Numbered from the stretch's first letter, positions 1-12,136 are shown. The stretch: 64,000 bases of DNA from Chrysemys picta bellii (GCF_011386835.1 NC_088791.1:4278001-4342000), one strand, 5' to 3'. Notes: generated by a model not told the origin, from the sequence alone. Translations and numbers: made by a program.

Positions 1-265
1 CTGACTCTGCCACTAGCTCCCTGTCTGACCTTCACCTGAATGTGCCTCCATTTACCTCTGTGGCAAACAGGTATAATTGTAACTTTCAGGGTGGATTGTC
101 TGAGGCTTCCTCCGATCTAAGCATTTCAAAGCACTTCACAAACACTCATCAAGTGTTATGTAGCCCAAGAGATGAATTACTAAAGTAATTACTAAAGATG
201 CATCTCTCTATTGGGAGTTCCTCTCTCTATCCATACTTGGCACCTCAACCCCTGGTGCTCACAGC

Positions 266-793
266 CAGGAGGGATGTGTGAACCTCTGACTGGGAGAGGC
301 TACCCCTTGGCCCGCCCCTTCCACCAAGGGCCCTCCACTTCCGCCCGAGGCCCTGCAGGAGCCAATTCCCACCTCCCCAAGCCGAGCGCTGCCCCCCACC
401 ACTGTGGCCACCGACCCAGTTCCGTGGCTAGCCCCCCAGACCCAAAGGAGTGCCGGGAGGGTGGAGGTGCGCGGCCTCTGCCTCCCCAGCCAAGGGAGGG
501 AAAGGTGGGCAGCACACTGTCCCAGCCACGGAGCGCGGGAGGCCATGTGGCGAGCTGCCCCAGCCCTTGAGTGCGGAAGGGTGGGTGGGGAGTGGCCTCA
601 GCCTCCCCAGCCCCGGAGTGCAGGAAGGTGGGTGGGGAGCGGCCCCAACCCCAGAGCACTGGAGGGCTGGACTTGGAGCTGGGAGGACTGGAGCAGCAAT
701 TGTACGTAGGGAGTGTCGCGGAAGGGGGCGGGGTCACCCTTGTCTGTTTGGGGAGGCAAAACCTCCCCCTGCCTATGCAACCCGCCACCTGTG
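266..793. mobile_element. GC-rich hAT-like MITE, inverted copy
   Basis: Reverse complement of the 3438-3965 family; flanks CTCACAGC/CTCAAAGC. Confidence 0.55.
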
Positions 794-2218
794 CTCAAAG
801 CCAACGTGGAAGGGTCCTGCCACCTAGAGCCCGAGGGCGTGTGGGAACCGCCAGAGCACGTGTCCGAACCCCTGCATTGCTGCAGCACAGCTAGGGTGTG
901 ACCATAATGTAATTAACAATGGTGGCAGAGAGACTTGTTTCTCAAACTCTACAACTGCAATAAAGAAGTAAGAGAACTGTGTGAGAAATACACCACTTTG
1001 GAGCTGGTGATAGGATATGGCCCTTCATGAAACTGTGGAGATGTAGTCTTGCTTCTCTACTTCTTTTTCCTTTTTCTTTTTTTTACTATTCTGCAATTTT
1101 TGACTCCACTTTATTTCACATTGAAATATATACTACCTCATACTCTTGGTCTTCTGGTTTAATTGCTCTTCCATTCATTGTCTCTTTATATCACCAGAGG
1201 GTTTCACATCTCTTGGCCAAAGTATCCTCCAGTTTTCGATACTCCCAGTGGTGGTGCACAAGTCAGGAAAGTTTGTGGTCTATTATCAAGAAATGTTGAG
1301 CACGAAAAGCTCCGCTTTGCTTCAGTGGGAGTGTAACAGGGTGCAGCTTCTGCCCCCACAAACCAGTCAGAAACCTCTGAACAAACAAAACTGTTTTTTT
1401 AAATCAAAACAAAACACAAACCCCCATCTCCTCCCCTCGTGCAAATCTGCGGTGTTCCACTGACCTCAATGGAGCTATATTAACTTAGACCAGACGAGGA
1501 TCTCCACGTAGAATTACTTCTTCCTATGAGAAGGTAGCAGTTGCCAGGCTGCAGGAGACGAGTGGCCCATCTAATGCAGTATCCTGTCTCAATGAGTGTG
1601 AGTCACCAGGTGTTTCACAGGAAACCAGAACAACAATAAATTAACCTTTATAAGGGAAACTTGGGGAGTTTCTTCATGAATCCTACCTTAAAAATTGGGG
1701 GTGAGATTTTTCAGTGCTCCCTACGGGATATGAATGCTCAAGTTCCAACTAAAATTAATAGGCTCTAATGTCCCTAATGCATGTCTTGCTCTGAAAATCC
1801 AGGGATTAACTTCTAAACAATGAAGAAACCAAGGCCTGCACCTCGATACGAGAAAAAAATTGAAAAACCCCCAAACCCTTTCCACTCTTTAGAATCACAG
1901 AGTGTCTGTGCAATATTCAGTCCTAAATTAGTGCAGTTCAGCAGCAGTGATGAGCCTGGGGTGATAATCACTACGATTGGTTTTATTGCTGACTCTGCCA
2001 CTTGCTCCCTGTGTAACCTTCACCTCAATGTGCTTGTTCACCTCCACATAAGCCAGATCTCATAGTGATATTATGCTCGATGATCAGAGGCTTCCTCAAA
2101 TCAAAGGACTTCAAAGCACTGCAGCCTCAGTAAAGTTGTGTGTGTGCACAGGGTTCTATTATTTTAATAGCAGAATTTTTCTCTGGGATTAGCTGCTCCC
2201 AAATTATGGATTAGGATT

Positions 2219-2906
2219 CAAGGGTTTTCACAACAGTTTTTTCAGTGGCCTTCACCAAGAGCCTGTCCTGGGGATGGTGGACTGGGAACTCACCGGGTGC
2301 CTGCAGAGTCCCAGGCTCCCCGTATCCCATCCAGGTGGGAGCAGGAGAGCGGCCCAACAACCAAATGATGCAGCCACGTCCACTGACAAGAGCTGCCTCA
2401 GGTGCCGTGGACACGGACCCCACATGTCTCCAGAGGTGCTGCCCGGAGCCAGGGCCGGTTCCAGGGTTTTGGCCGCCCCAAGCAGCCAAAACCAAAAAAA
2501 AAAAAAAAAAAAGCCGCGGCTGCGATCGCGATCTGCGACGACAATTCGGCGGGAGGTCCTTCACTCCGAGCCGGAGTGAGGAACCGTCCGCCGAATTGCC
2601 GCCGAATACCTGGATCTGCCGCCCCTCTCCCGACCGGCCACCCGAAGCACCTGCTTGAGAAGCTGGTGCCTGGAGCCGGCCCTGCCCGGAGCCCCCGAGG
2701 AAGCTGTGAGGTGCAGGACCCCGACCCCTGCTGGCAATTCCACTACAAACACCAATGCGGCGCATCTTTCGTAAGAGCTACTCAGTAGCAACAGGTGGGC
2801 GCTGCCAGAAGGGGCTGCTGCTTTGCACCCCCACAATCCCGCCCATGCTCTTGAGACTGACGTAGCTGCAAAAAAATCCACTGGTGGCCTCCTTTGAGAA
2901 ACGCTG
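2219..2906. mobile_element. Older hAT-like non-autonomous element hosting the 235-bp MITE; other copies ~17976-18420, ~31320-31790, ~34570-35013, ~50131-50576
   Basis: Ends CAAGGGTTyTCAC... and ...TTTGAGAAACGCTG resemble CAG-start hAT TIRs; no clean TSD. Confidence 0.45.
2450..2684. mobile_element. Young hAT-type MITE (235 bp)
   Basis: TIRs CAGGGCCGGTTCCAGG / CCTGGAGCCGGCCCTG; perfect 8-bp TSD CCCGGAGC (2442-2449, 2685-2692); CpG-rich; empty sites in paralogous modules. Confidence 0.9.
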
Positions 2907-3437
2907 GATTAAACAAATCCATGTTAAGGTTTCTGAGGTTATGTCAATAGTCAGTGGACGATTCCCAGCCTCCGAATTTGGGGCTGTTTGATTTTCATTC
3001 AGTAAAGCTTTTCATTTCCCTTTCTTAGTAAACATTCCTTTACAAAGCTCAAGAGACAGATACTGAGCCACTGGACATCAGTACAGCTCCACAGACTGCA
3101 ATGACGTTCTGGGCTTACAACTGAGGGAAGCATTTAGTGCTGCTCGGGTTAGAAGAAATCCTGGTGGGGCTGTATTTTCATTCTAATTGTGGCTGAAAAG
3201 CGTGGTGTGGGAGACGGGTCTTGCAGAATGCTCTAGGTTGGTCAAACTTCCAATGAATCCAGTCTCATCCCACAGCTCTCTGATGGTTGAAGAAGGTATC
3301 CTTAACCGTCAGCGTTGTGCTTCTTCCTTTTCTTCATTAGCTGAAGTCTCTCACAAGACACGTTTCTCTTGGCTGCTCATGGGTGGAGATGCAGCACCTG
3401 ATGTTTCCCATTGGTTTCCCTATACGTTGGCTTTGAG

Positions 3438-3965
3438 CACGGGTGGCGGGTTGCATAGGCAGGGGCAGGTTTTGCCTCCCCAAACAGACAAGGGTGACCC
3501 TGCCTCCTTCCGCGACACTCTCTACGTACAATTGCTGCTCCAGTCCTCCCAGCTCCCAGTCCAGCCCTCCAGTGCTCTGGAGTTGGGGCTGCTCCCCACC
3601 CACCTTCCTGCACTCCAGGGCTGGAGAGGCTGGTGCCGCTCGCCACCCACCCTTCTGCACTCAAGGGCTGGGGCAGCTCGCCGCATGGCCTCCCGCGCTC
3701 CGTGGCTGGGACAGTGCGCTGCCCACCTTTCCCTCCCTTGGCTGGGGAGGCAGAGGCCGCGCACCTCCGCCCTCCCGACACTCCTTTGTGTCTGGGGGCC
3801 TAGCCGCGGAACTGGGTCAGTGGCCACAGTGGTGGGGGGCAGCTCTCAGCTTGGGGAGGTGGGAATTGGCTCCCGCAGGACTTCGGGTGGAAGTGGAGGG
3901 CCCTTGGTGGAAGGGGCGGGGCAAGGGGTGGCCTCTCTCAGTCAGAGGTTCACACATCCCTCCTG
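3438..3965. mobile_element. GC-rich hAT-like MITE, arm A1
   Basis: Starts CACGGGTGGCGG; flanked by a degenerate 8-bp TSD GCTTTGAG/GCTGTGAG; source of many spurious Pro/Gly-rich ORFs. Confidence 0.55.
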
Positions 3966-5139
3966 GCTGTGAGCACCAGGGGTTGAGGTGCCGAGTATGG
4001 ATAGAGAGAGGAACTCCCAATAGCGAGATTCACTCCCAAGAAGGTTTCTCTAACCCGGGCTAGCTAAAGTGCATTCCTTCAATTGGAAGTTCATGGAACT
4101 GTTCCCTTTTACACTGGTTCAGTATCTAGCCTTACACGTCAAAATATATATAACAGAGATGAAAGGTACATGGAATGAAAATCAAAGAGCCCCAATTTCA
4201 AAGGCTAGGACTCACAAACTGAGCACTGGAATGACATCTGTGACCTTGACATGCATTTTTAAAGTAAATCTAATCTTCAGTGTTAGAACATCTAATCCCA
4301 GTAATAAGTTATTACTACTTTAGTAATTCATCTTTTGGGCTACATAACTCTTGATGAGTGTTTGTGAAGTGCTTTGAAATGCTTAGATCGGAGGAAGCCT
4401 CAGATAACCACCTTGAAAGTTACAATTATATCTGTTTGCCACAGAGGTAAATGGAGGCACGTTCAGGTGAAGGTCAGACAGGGAGCTATTGGCAGAGTCA
4501 GAAATATACCCCAATTTAATATTTAAAAAGCTACTGCAACCTTGGAATTCCTGGAATTGACAGACTTGTAATTCCTTTGGAGAACTATTATCCTCAAGTA
4601 TAAAAAAGCCACAGTGTAAGTAGATCACAAAATTAGCCAGATTTTTATTCTTGATGTTGAGATCCAAGGATGCAAAAAATTTTTAACCAGACTTGTAACT
4701 AACCTTGTCTTGTAACACCGTGTAACACGGATCACCCTAGACCTCAGCCTGTGGTCAGAAGTATTGGGTTGTATTTCTGTTTCTGCAACTGACCCCCATA
4801 TGACCTTCACCTCAACATGCCTCTTTTTTTAGGCCTATCAAACGTAAAGAGTAAGGATGTTAAGGCTGGAAGTTCTTCAGTGTCCTTAAACCTCAAGATT
4901 TCAAAATGCCTCAAAAACACTCGCTGGTGTTTGACACATGCAAAGGGTTGTAGACAATACATTGTTGTGACGATTAGACGCCTCTGCACCGAGTCGTATA
5001 GTCACTTTCAACAAAATGGAGGCCAAGGTCTCTTGTGTCATTCCCCTCATCGGGTCATGATTTAAGGCCACACAATTTGGGGCTATTTCATTTTCATTCA
5101 TATGTAGTTTTGAATTTGGTATTTCCTAAAAACCGTGCA

Positions 5140-5330
5140 TGGTAGAATTGGCCAGTCAAATTGCTAGCAGCTTCAAGGAGCTGACCGGTAAGCAGTGCCC
5201 TAGCTCTGAAGTGGTGATCAGACCTTCACCGGTTCTTGTGACCCTCCCAGGACCAATTCTCCACAATTTCCCTCCTCAGAGCCAAGTGGGACCAGAGAAG
5301 CCTCTGTGGTCAGAGCCGGTTTTGGGGTTT
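5140..5330 (+). pseudogene. CBP core-box fragment (psiA, arm A1)
   Basis: [33 protein letters not shown] aligns to the CBP core; no CBP N-terminus, acceptor or Gly tail. Confidence 0.8.
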
Positions 5331-6545
5331 TATTGGATTTTTGACGGATTTCTTTATTGCAAAGTGAAGGTGCCTCTTGGTGTACATCAGCTTGGTTGCT
5401 TCACCTTCAAAGAGGCGGAGGACCTTAAAATCAAAGCAAGACCCTTCTGCCCTCTTCCCTGCATATGTAACCCACTCTTGGGGATATTTTTCACATGTTA
5501 CACAACATTCTGGTTCAGGCAGGAATGTTTTCTCCAGGATGCCCTATGGCTGGTCAGAAGTTATATCAAATCTCATCCCCCAGCCATCTCCTCCATCACC
5601 AAGAATGTCACATTTTCCTCTCTCCTGGGTTTCTTGCTGGGCTCAGTCAGCTGCATTGTCTTGCAAGATCTCAGTTCCTTGATTGCTCATGGATGGAGAG
5701 ATGGTTTCTGGTAGAGCAGAGGTACAAAGACTTAATTTAAAATCTTTTAGTAAAAGAGCACTGCTTCCTTTCTCTCTTTGCCACCCCTCCCCTCGACCTA
5801 TAAGGAAATCTGCTCTAGGCAGCCCTTTGAGACAGCATTGGTGACCCAAGGGGAGGTCCAATGTTAGGTCAAGTTTTACTCACCATAGGTAAGATTCACC
5901 TCTGGGCAGATGGCCATCACAAAGGCCCATGCTCCACTTAAGTCCCTGCTAAGACCGAGTTTGAAAGTTTAAAATGGGACTAACATTGTTCACAGGTATT
6001 GTACTATCCCCCTGCCAAAGGGTGAATTTCAGTCTTAAAGTCTTGTCAGGAAACATACTGGATTATTCCCATTGATTTCAAAGGGAATTGGATCTGACCT
6101 GCTGGGAATGTAGGTGGTTAGAATGAAGAAAAATGATTCCCTGCTTCCTACCATGTTTAGAATGAACTGCCTCATGCCCCTAATCATGACCAGCACGAAT
6201 TGAAAGGACCAAACTGGATTCCTTAAATGACACCCACCTGTTCTACTGATGCTTCTCAGGATCACCTTGACATTCATTCTCATGTCATTTACTGAACCTG
6301 TAAAGTCAGTAAAATGACAAAAAGAAATGCAGTTGGCCTGTACAATTTTACTATGAAAGACAGCTGAAAATTGCAACGTGCATGTCACACCCTCTGAGGC
6401 TAAGATTAGCCCAGTAATCACCAACAGTGAGGAAAACAGCTCCATCCAAAGAAGGATTTAGTAAGGCAATCAAGTTTGTTTGGTCACTAATTAGAACCTC
6501 CTCCACAAACAGCGTCGCAGATCCTCCAGGCTGTCCTAGGAACTG

Positions 6546-6619
6546 TATAAAAGTGCTCTCGACTCTGCACTCTTCTAAACACTTCTGTGGACTTCATCTC
6601 CTTAGTGAACTCGGTAAGT
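6546..6619 (+). promoter_or_regulatory. CBP1 TATA box, non-coding exon 1 and splice donor
   Basis: TATAAAA 6546-6552; short exon ending CTCCTTAGTGAACTCG|GTAAGT (donor 6614); intron 6614-7739 (1126 bp). Matches the known sauropsid CBP/EDC layout of a non-coding exon 1 plus one coding exon. Confidence 0.85.
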
Positions 6620-6740
6620 CCAATTCAACTCAATCTCTTTCTAACCCCAGAGATTTCACAGTCGGGCCTCTTTTCATTTCAGGTGGAATCTTGCATGTAC
6701 TCACTGTGATTTTTACTTATTTATTAATTACAGTTATGCT

Positions 6741-6761
6741 TATATATATATATATATATAT
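6741..6761. repeat. (TA)n microsatellite in CBP1 intron
   Basis: Direct reading; paralogues at 38795-38821 and ~28350-28362 differ in length. Confidence 0.9.
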
Positions 6762-7760
6762 CAATTGATAATATTATTTTTATTTTATTTATTTATTTGT
6801 ATCTATAGTGTGTCATTATTAAGTGACAGGATCTGGCGGATTCATGATTTGAAGCTAAAGGAGGGATTTTAAGAACAACATATACAATTGTGAAACGTAT
6901 TTCTCATTAACTAGAGAAAGAATTAGGGCATTTAAACTTTAAAAAGTCCCTTAGCCACCTTTCACTTAGCTGGATTAGGAAGAAACTTTCCCAGGTTAGT
7001 CCACAAAGGGCCACTTCAGTGCTCATCTATTTTATTCTAAAGCAGCTGTTACTCCTCACTATTGGAGTCACAAGAATGGATGAAGCTGAGACGCGCTGTG
7101 CTCCAGTCAAGCAATTCCTATGTTCTCCTGAGCAGAAATACCCATTGCAAGTGCTTGGTGTAAGATGGTGTAATTTCATGTCGCTCCATGGAAGTCAGTG
7201 GACCTGAACCCATTTTTTCCCAGCTGAGGAGTTTGTCATTACTGATTTGTTAGGAGAAAAGCAAAGTTTCTGTTTATTCATCAGCAAGTTTCGGTGACTC
7301 CGAAGGTTTGGAAAACGAAAGAGTCACAGTGTGGTAGCAGACTCAACCGGTTTGCATGCAGAGGTTAAATCCTCAAACGAAAGGAAGTGATTACCATGAT
7401 CCCAGCCATGTTCTCTTTGAGAAATGTCTAAAATGGTCCCAGAATCCCAGGTGTCCGTATGGAAATAGTTACACTTATTCTAGTCGGTGTTTTTCAGACA
7501 AAGTCATTGAGAGGGGATCAAGAGGCCGGTTGGGAGGGAAGTTTACTGCGAGCGGAGAAGAGGGGTAGAAAGAGAAAATAGTGACAACAACATGACCACA
7601 CAAAAAGAGACTAAGTCCACTTCTTCTCTCTCTCTCGAGCCCCCTGCAGACCTCAATACAATTGTAACCGAGCTCTGAAGCCTTTCTTCCACCAGTCCTT
7701 GTACCTTGTCTCATCTCTAGTCCCTGTTGTGTGTTTCAGGTTTACCTCCATCCCAGAAAG

Positions 7761-8309
7761 ATGACTTTCTCCAGCCTGTGCTATCCAGAATGCGGGGTGG
7801 CCCGACCCAGTCCAGTCACTGGCAGCTCCAACGAGCCGTGCGTTAGGCAGTGCCCTGACTCCGAAGTGGTGATCAGACCCTCACCAGTTGTCGTGACCCT
7901 CCCCGGACCAATTCTCAGCAATTTTCCTCAACAGAGCGAAGTGGCAGCTGTAGGAGCACCTGTGGTCGGAGCCGGTTTCGGAGGCTCCTATGGTTTGGGG
8001 GGATTGTACGGCTATGGAGGCCATTACGGAGGATTGTATGGTTTAGGGAGATTAGGTGGTTACGGCGGCCGTTACGGATATGGGGGATTCTTGGGCAATG
8101 GGGGATACTATGGTTACCCAGGCCTTTATGGTTATGGGGGATTATGGGGAAATGGGGGACACTGCGGTTACCCGGGCCTTTACGGTTATGGGGGATTATG
8201 GGGATATGGGGGACACTGTGGCTACCCGGGCCTTTATGGTTATGGGGGATTAAGTGGTTCCGGGGTATCCTGCCATAGGTACCTCAGTGGAAGCAGAGGG
8301 CCATGTTAA
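7761..8309 (+). CDS. Corneous beta-protein (beta-keratin) CBP1, 182 aa, single coding exon
   Basis: ATG 7761 ([12 protein letters not shown]...). CBP core box [31 protein letters not shown], Gly/Tyr-rich tail, ends [11 protein letters not shown]. Acceptor TTTCAG|G at 7739/7740 lies 21 nt before the ATG, so the 10-aa GTG extension in the ORF track is intron/UTR. Confidence 0.95.
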   Translation: MTFSSLCYPECGVARPSPVTGSSNEPCVRQCPDSEVVIRPSPVVVTLPGPILSNFPQQSEVAAVGAPVVGAGFGGSYGLGGLYGYGGHYGGLYGLGRLGGYGGRYGYGGFLGNGGYYGYPGLYGYGGLWGNGGHCGYPGLYGYGGLWGYGGHCGYPGLYGYGGLSGSGVSCHRYLSGSRGPC

Positions 8310-8977
8310 ACTCACCAGGAATATTCATGGAAGAAGGAAGAACCAGGAAATGAACAGCAAGATACAGATTCACCCCTGATCATTTGGGCATGGATTTCAG
8401 AAGTGCTGTGCCAACATGGCTCCAGTTGAACTTGGTGGGAGCTGTGTGCGCTCAGCACCTTGGTCTGATAGCCATGCTGCATTTCTACTGTTACGCTTTA
8501 TGACTCTTTCTGCCAAGGCTTTCCCAACCAAGTGCTGATTCTCTTTTTCTCTTGAGGACTCATTCTGAACTACACACAGGTTGTTTACATTGACCCTGCA
8601 GTGTGAAGGAAACAGAGGCCTTAAGATAGGCATCATTTACGTTCATTATCACTCTAAGTCCCTCTCAAGGAGAATTAGGCCCTACATGTTCTATCCTTTC
8701 TATCAATACGTACTTTTAGCAACTCACTTTAACCTTTGCTACTTCACATGTCTAATGGAGAAGTTGTGTAGTCTCTGCTTCTATATTCCTTTGTCTCATT
8801 TCACACCTGACTGGGGTTAAAAAAACCTGTGGAGCTGCAACAAAGCACAAAGAACATCTTGTGTGAAATACATCCCATTGACGCAGGTGATGGGTCAGAG
8901 CCCTTCTTGAAACACTGGAAATACATTTTTTTCCGCTCTGTAGTATTTCTTCCTGCAACTGTGTACTGCCAATTTGC

Positions 8978-8983
8978 ATTAAA
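8978..8983 (+). terminator. Probable poly(A) signal of CBP1 (ATTAAA)
   Basis: ATTAAA followed by a T/GT-rich tract; same context in the paralogous arms (26659-26664 -, 41111-41116 +, 57604-57609 -). Confidence 0.6.
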
Positions 8984-9432
8984 AACTCTGCTGCATCAAA
9001 ATATTAGTCTTCTGGTTCTCTTTGTTTCTTTGTCTGTTTTTAAAAATTGCACTAGACGAAATTCCTCCCCGTGGAGCCAGCAGCACCGGGAACTTTTCAA
9101 GTTGCACCTTCCAAAGCCCTGCTGTGATAGGATAATCCGGCTCTTACAAAGGTTGACAGTATTCCGCAGGCCCTGAGTACCCAGGTGGAATTCCTCCTTG
9201 CATTACATGGTTTAGCAAATAGTCTATCCTTGTAAAGACGAGACAGATTTTCATTTTAAGAATGTACATTTTTCTTTGGTTTCAAGAAGACCAATCACAT
9301 GGTTCACAGTAAGCATCTGTGTGAGACTTTAAGTGACCAGGTTGACGTAAGGAAAAGAAAAGTGGCCACCATGTACCTTATGTTTACTGCTGTACCTGCT
9401 GTGTGTTTTAGGTTTATCTCCAGGGCAGAAAG

Positions 9433-9836
9433 ATGTCTTGCTTCACAAACGTGTGGAGCGACATTTCACAAAGCATGCACAACAGCTGCAACAAGCCAGA
9501 CGTAAGGCAGTGCCCTGGCTCTATAGCACTGATCCAACCCCCACCGGCTGTCATGACCTTCCCAGGAGCAATTCTCAGATCTTTCCCTCAGGAAAGCAGA
9601 GTGGAATCCTGGGGTGCCATTGACGTTGGAGGTGGTGATAGAGGCTTATCAAGTTATGGAGGATTACACTGTAACCGATGACCCAGTGATTATGGGAGAT
9701 TATACGCTTATGGGGGCCAATATTGGCAGGAGGGCCTCTGTGGATAAAGGGGCCATATGGTCGTGGGAGAACATAGGGCTACGGGGGGTTCTGGTGGGGT
9801 CATCGGTACCTTAATGGAACCTGTGGGCCATGCTAA
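9433..9836 (+). pseudogene. Decayed CBP paralogue (psiB, arm A1); 82-aa truncated ORF
   Basis: Acceptor TTTTAG|GTTTATCTCCAGGGCAGAAAG-ATG like CBP1; core box DVRQCPGSIALIQPPPAVMTFPGAILRSFPQ; premature stops and a frameshift before a terminal HRYLNGTCGPC*; start of the 3' UTR homologous to CBP1. Confidence 0.85.
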
Positions 9837-12136
9837 ATCGAGCAGGCATATGCATGGGAAAAGCAGGAAATGAACGGCAAGATACAGATTCACGTCTGAT
9901 CGCACAGGCCTGGCTTTGAGAAGTGTTGACTACACCCAACTCAGTGTGAAATAATGAGAGAGCTGCATTTCATCACCACCTCTGCAAACATTCCCAATGT
10001 TTCCCATGTTACCCTATATGCGTATCCTCGAATGCCTTCCTAGCTATGGGCTTCCTCTATTATAAACCTAGTGGGCCTGATTCTCAGCTACACGATGGAT
10101 TTTACACCACGCTCTAAACTGCAAATGAAGCAGGAGACATAATGTGTACGTTACCTACATCTACCCTGACTGGAATGCATCTTTCTCATACTAGAGCACT
10201 GTCAAAAGGATTTAGTGTCAATGAGAATTAGGCTAAGTGATTTCCTAGCCATGAATATGGACTGTTTCTCTCTGCCTTTTATCTTTCTAACAGCAGCTGC
10301 ATAACGGAGAAGCTCTTTGAACCTCTGCTTTTATTGTGTCTTGTTTTAGTAGAGACTGACCAGGGTGAGACAAGCAAAAAAAAAAAAATAGTGGCAAACT
10401 ATACAACTGCTATAAAGAAGTAAGAGAACTCTGTGAGAAATACATCACATTGGAGCTGGGGATAGGATATGGCCCTTCATGAAACCGTGGAAATGTAGTC
10501 TTGCTTCTCTACTTCTTTTTCCTTTTTTTTTTTTGGACAGTTTTCAATCCACTTTATTTCAAATTCAAATATATACTACCTCATACTATTGGTTTTCTGG
10601 TTTAATTGCTCTTCCATTCATTATCTCTTTATATCACCAGAGGCATCCACATCTCTTGGCCAAATTGTCCTCCAGCTTTGGATACTCCCAGTGGTGGTGC
10701 ACAAGTCAGGAAAGTTTGTGGTCTATTATCAAGAAATGTTGAGCACGAACAGCTCCGGTTTGCTTCAGTGGGAGTGTAACAAGGTGCAGCTTCTGCCCCC
10801 ACAAACCAGCCAGAGATCTCTGCGTTGGTGCAAACACCCATGTTCTTTATTCACAGTTTACTTTCCCTCCACCTTGTAGCTACAAACAGCTTCAGTCTTA
10901 CAGCCTCAGGGACTGCTAGCTCCCGAGGCCAGCAGTGAAGAGCTCCCACTGCCTCTCTTCTCTCGCTCTTCCCTTTTTCTTACTTCCCTGGCTTCCTTCC
11001 TGCCAGCCATTATGTAGCCCCGGGCTAACGCGGCTGTCTGTTGTTCCCCGTTTGCCACTCAGGGTATGTCTACACTACGAAATTAGGTCGAATTAATAGA
11101 AGCCGGTTTTATAGAAATCGGTTGTATACAGCCGATTGTGTGTGTCCCCACATAAAATGCTCTAAGTGCTCTAGTCGGCAGACCGCGTCCACAATACCGA
11201 GGCTAGCGTCGACTTCCGGAGCGTTGCACTATGGGTAGATATCCCACAGCTATCCCACAGTTCCCGCAGTCTCCGCCGCCCATTGGAATTCTGGGTTGAG
11301 ATCCCAATGCCCGGATGATGCAAAACAGTGTCACGGGAGGTTCTGGGAACATGTCGTCAGGCCCCTCCCCCTCCGTCAGAGCAACAGCAGACAATAGATT
11401 CGCGCCTTTTTACCTGGGTTACCTGTGCAGACAACATACCACGGCAAACATGGAGCCCGCTCAGCTCACCGTCACCATATGTCATCTGGAGGCCGGCAGA
11501 CATGGGACTGCATTGCTACACAGCAGCAGCTAACTGCCTTTTGGCGGTAGACGGTGCAGCATGACTGGTAGCCTTCATCGGTGATCTGGGTGTTGGCAGC
11601 TGTGGGGCTGGCAGCCGTAGGGCTGCATTGCACCAGCCCCTTGCCTTTTGGCAGTAGATGGTGTATTGCGACTGGTAACCGTCCTATTACAAGTTGGATC
11701 ATTGCACATTAGCAGAGTCTTCCCTGAGCAGCAGATCGTGCAATAGGCCTGAAGGCCATCGTAGTACACTAACTGCCAAGCGCCCAGTATTTGCTGCCAA
11801 GCACCCAGAAGATGCCGAGGGCTATCAGTCATGCTGCACCGTCGTCTTAAGATGTAAAAATTAGATTTGTTCTGTATTCATTTGCTTCCCCCTCCCTCCG
11901 TCAAATCAACAGCCTGCTAAACCCATGGTTTTCAGTTTAATCTTTGGGGGGACCATTCTGTGTGACAGTTGTTTGTGTTTCTCCCTGATGCACAGCCACC
12001 TTTCTTGATTTTAATTCCCTGTACCTGTACGCCATGTCGTCACTCGGCCCGCCCTCCCTTCCTCCTTCCCCTGGTCCGTCAGATACTAGTTTTGCGCCTT
12101 TTTTTCAGACCAGAGGCCATAGCTAGCACTGGGATC

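Noticed and set aside
1027-1463. Frames VFWFNCSSIH...LLQWE and MKxWxCSLASLL... open in several copies
   Set aside because: The strand is pyrimidine-rich, so stops are scarce and two frames are open at once; the diverged copies at 16069 and 48211 scramble the peptide by compensating frameshifts; the 3' part is LTR sequence.
3187-4063. Long Pro/Gly/Ala-rich ORFs (up to 261 aa) repeated at 18701, 50855, 61205 and elsewhere
   Set aside because: Overlapping frames on both strands of a GC-rich MITE, with different frameshifts in each copy.
5139-5714. 191-aa chimeric ORF: CBP core box fused to a hydrophobic tail
   Set aside because: The ATG exists only in A1 (other arms read GTGCAGGGT or ATGCAGGGT in another frame), paralogues are frameshifted, the tail is antisense to a decayed frame, and no promoter is visible.
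7731-7760. N-terminal extension [10 protein letters not shown] on the CBP ORFs
   Set aside because: Starts at a GTG inside the intron and spans the splice acceptor; the true start is ATG 7761.
8100-8255. Regularly spaced repeats as a possible CRISPR-like array
   Set aside because: In-frame coding repeats with no unique spacers, in a eukaryotic genome.
11969-12136. 56-aa N-terminal extension of the transposase
   Set aside because: Non-ATG start, low-complexity sequence crossing an acceptor-like TTTTTTTCAG; MEPAQ at 12137 is the likelier start.
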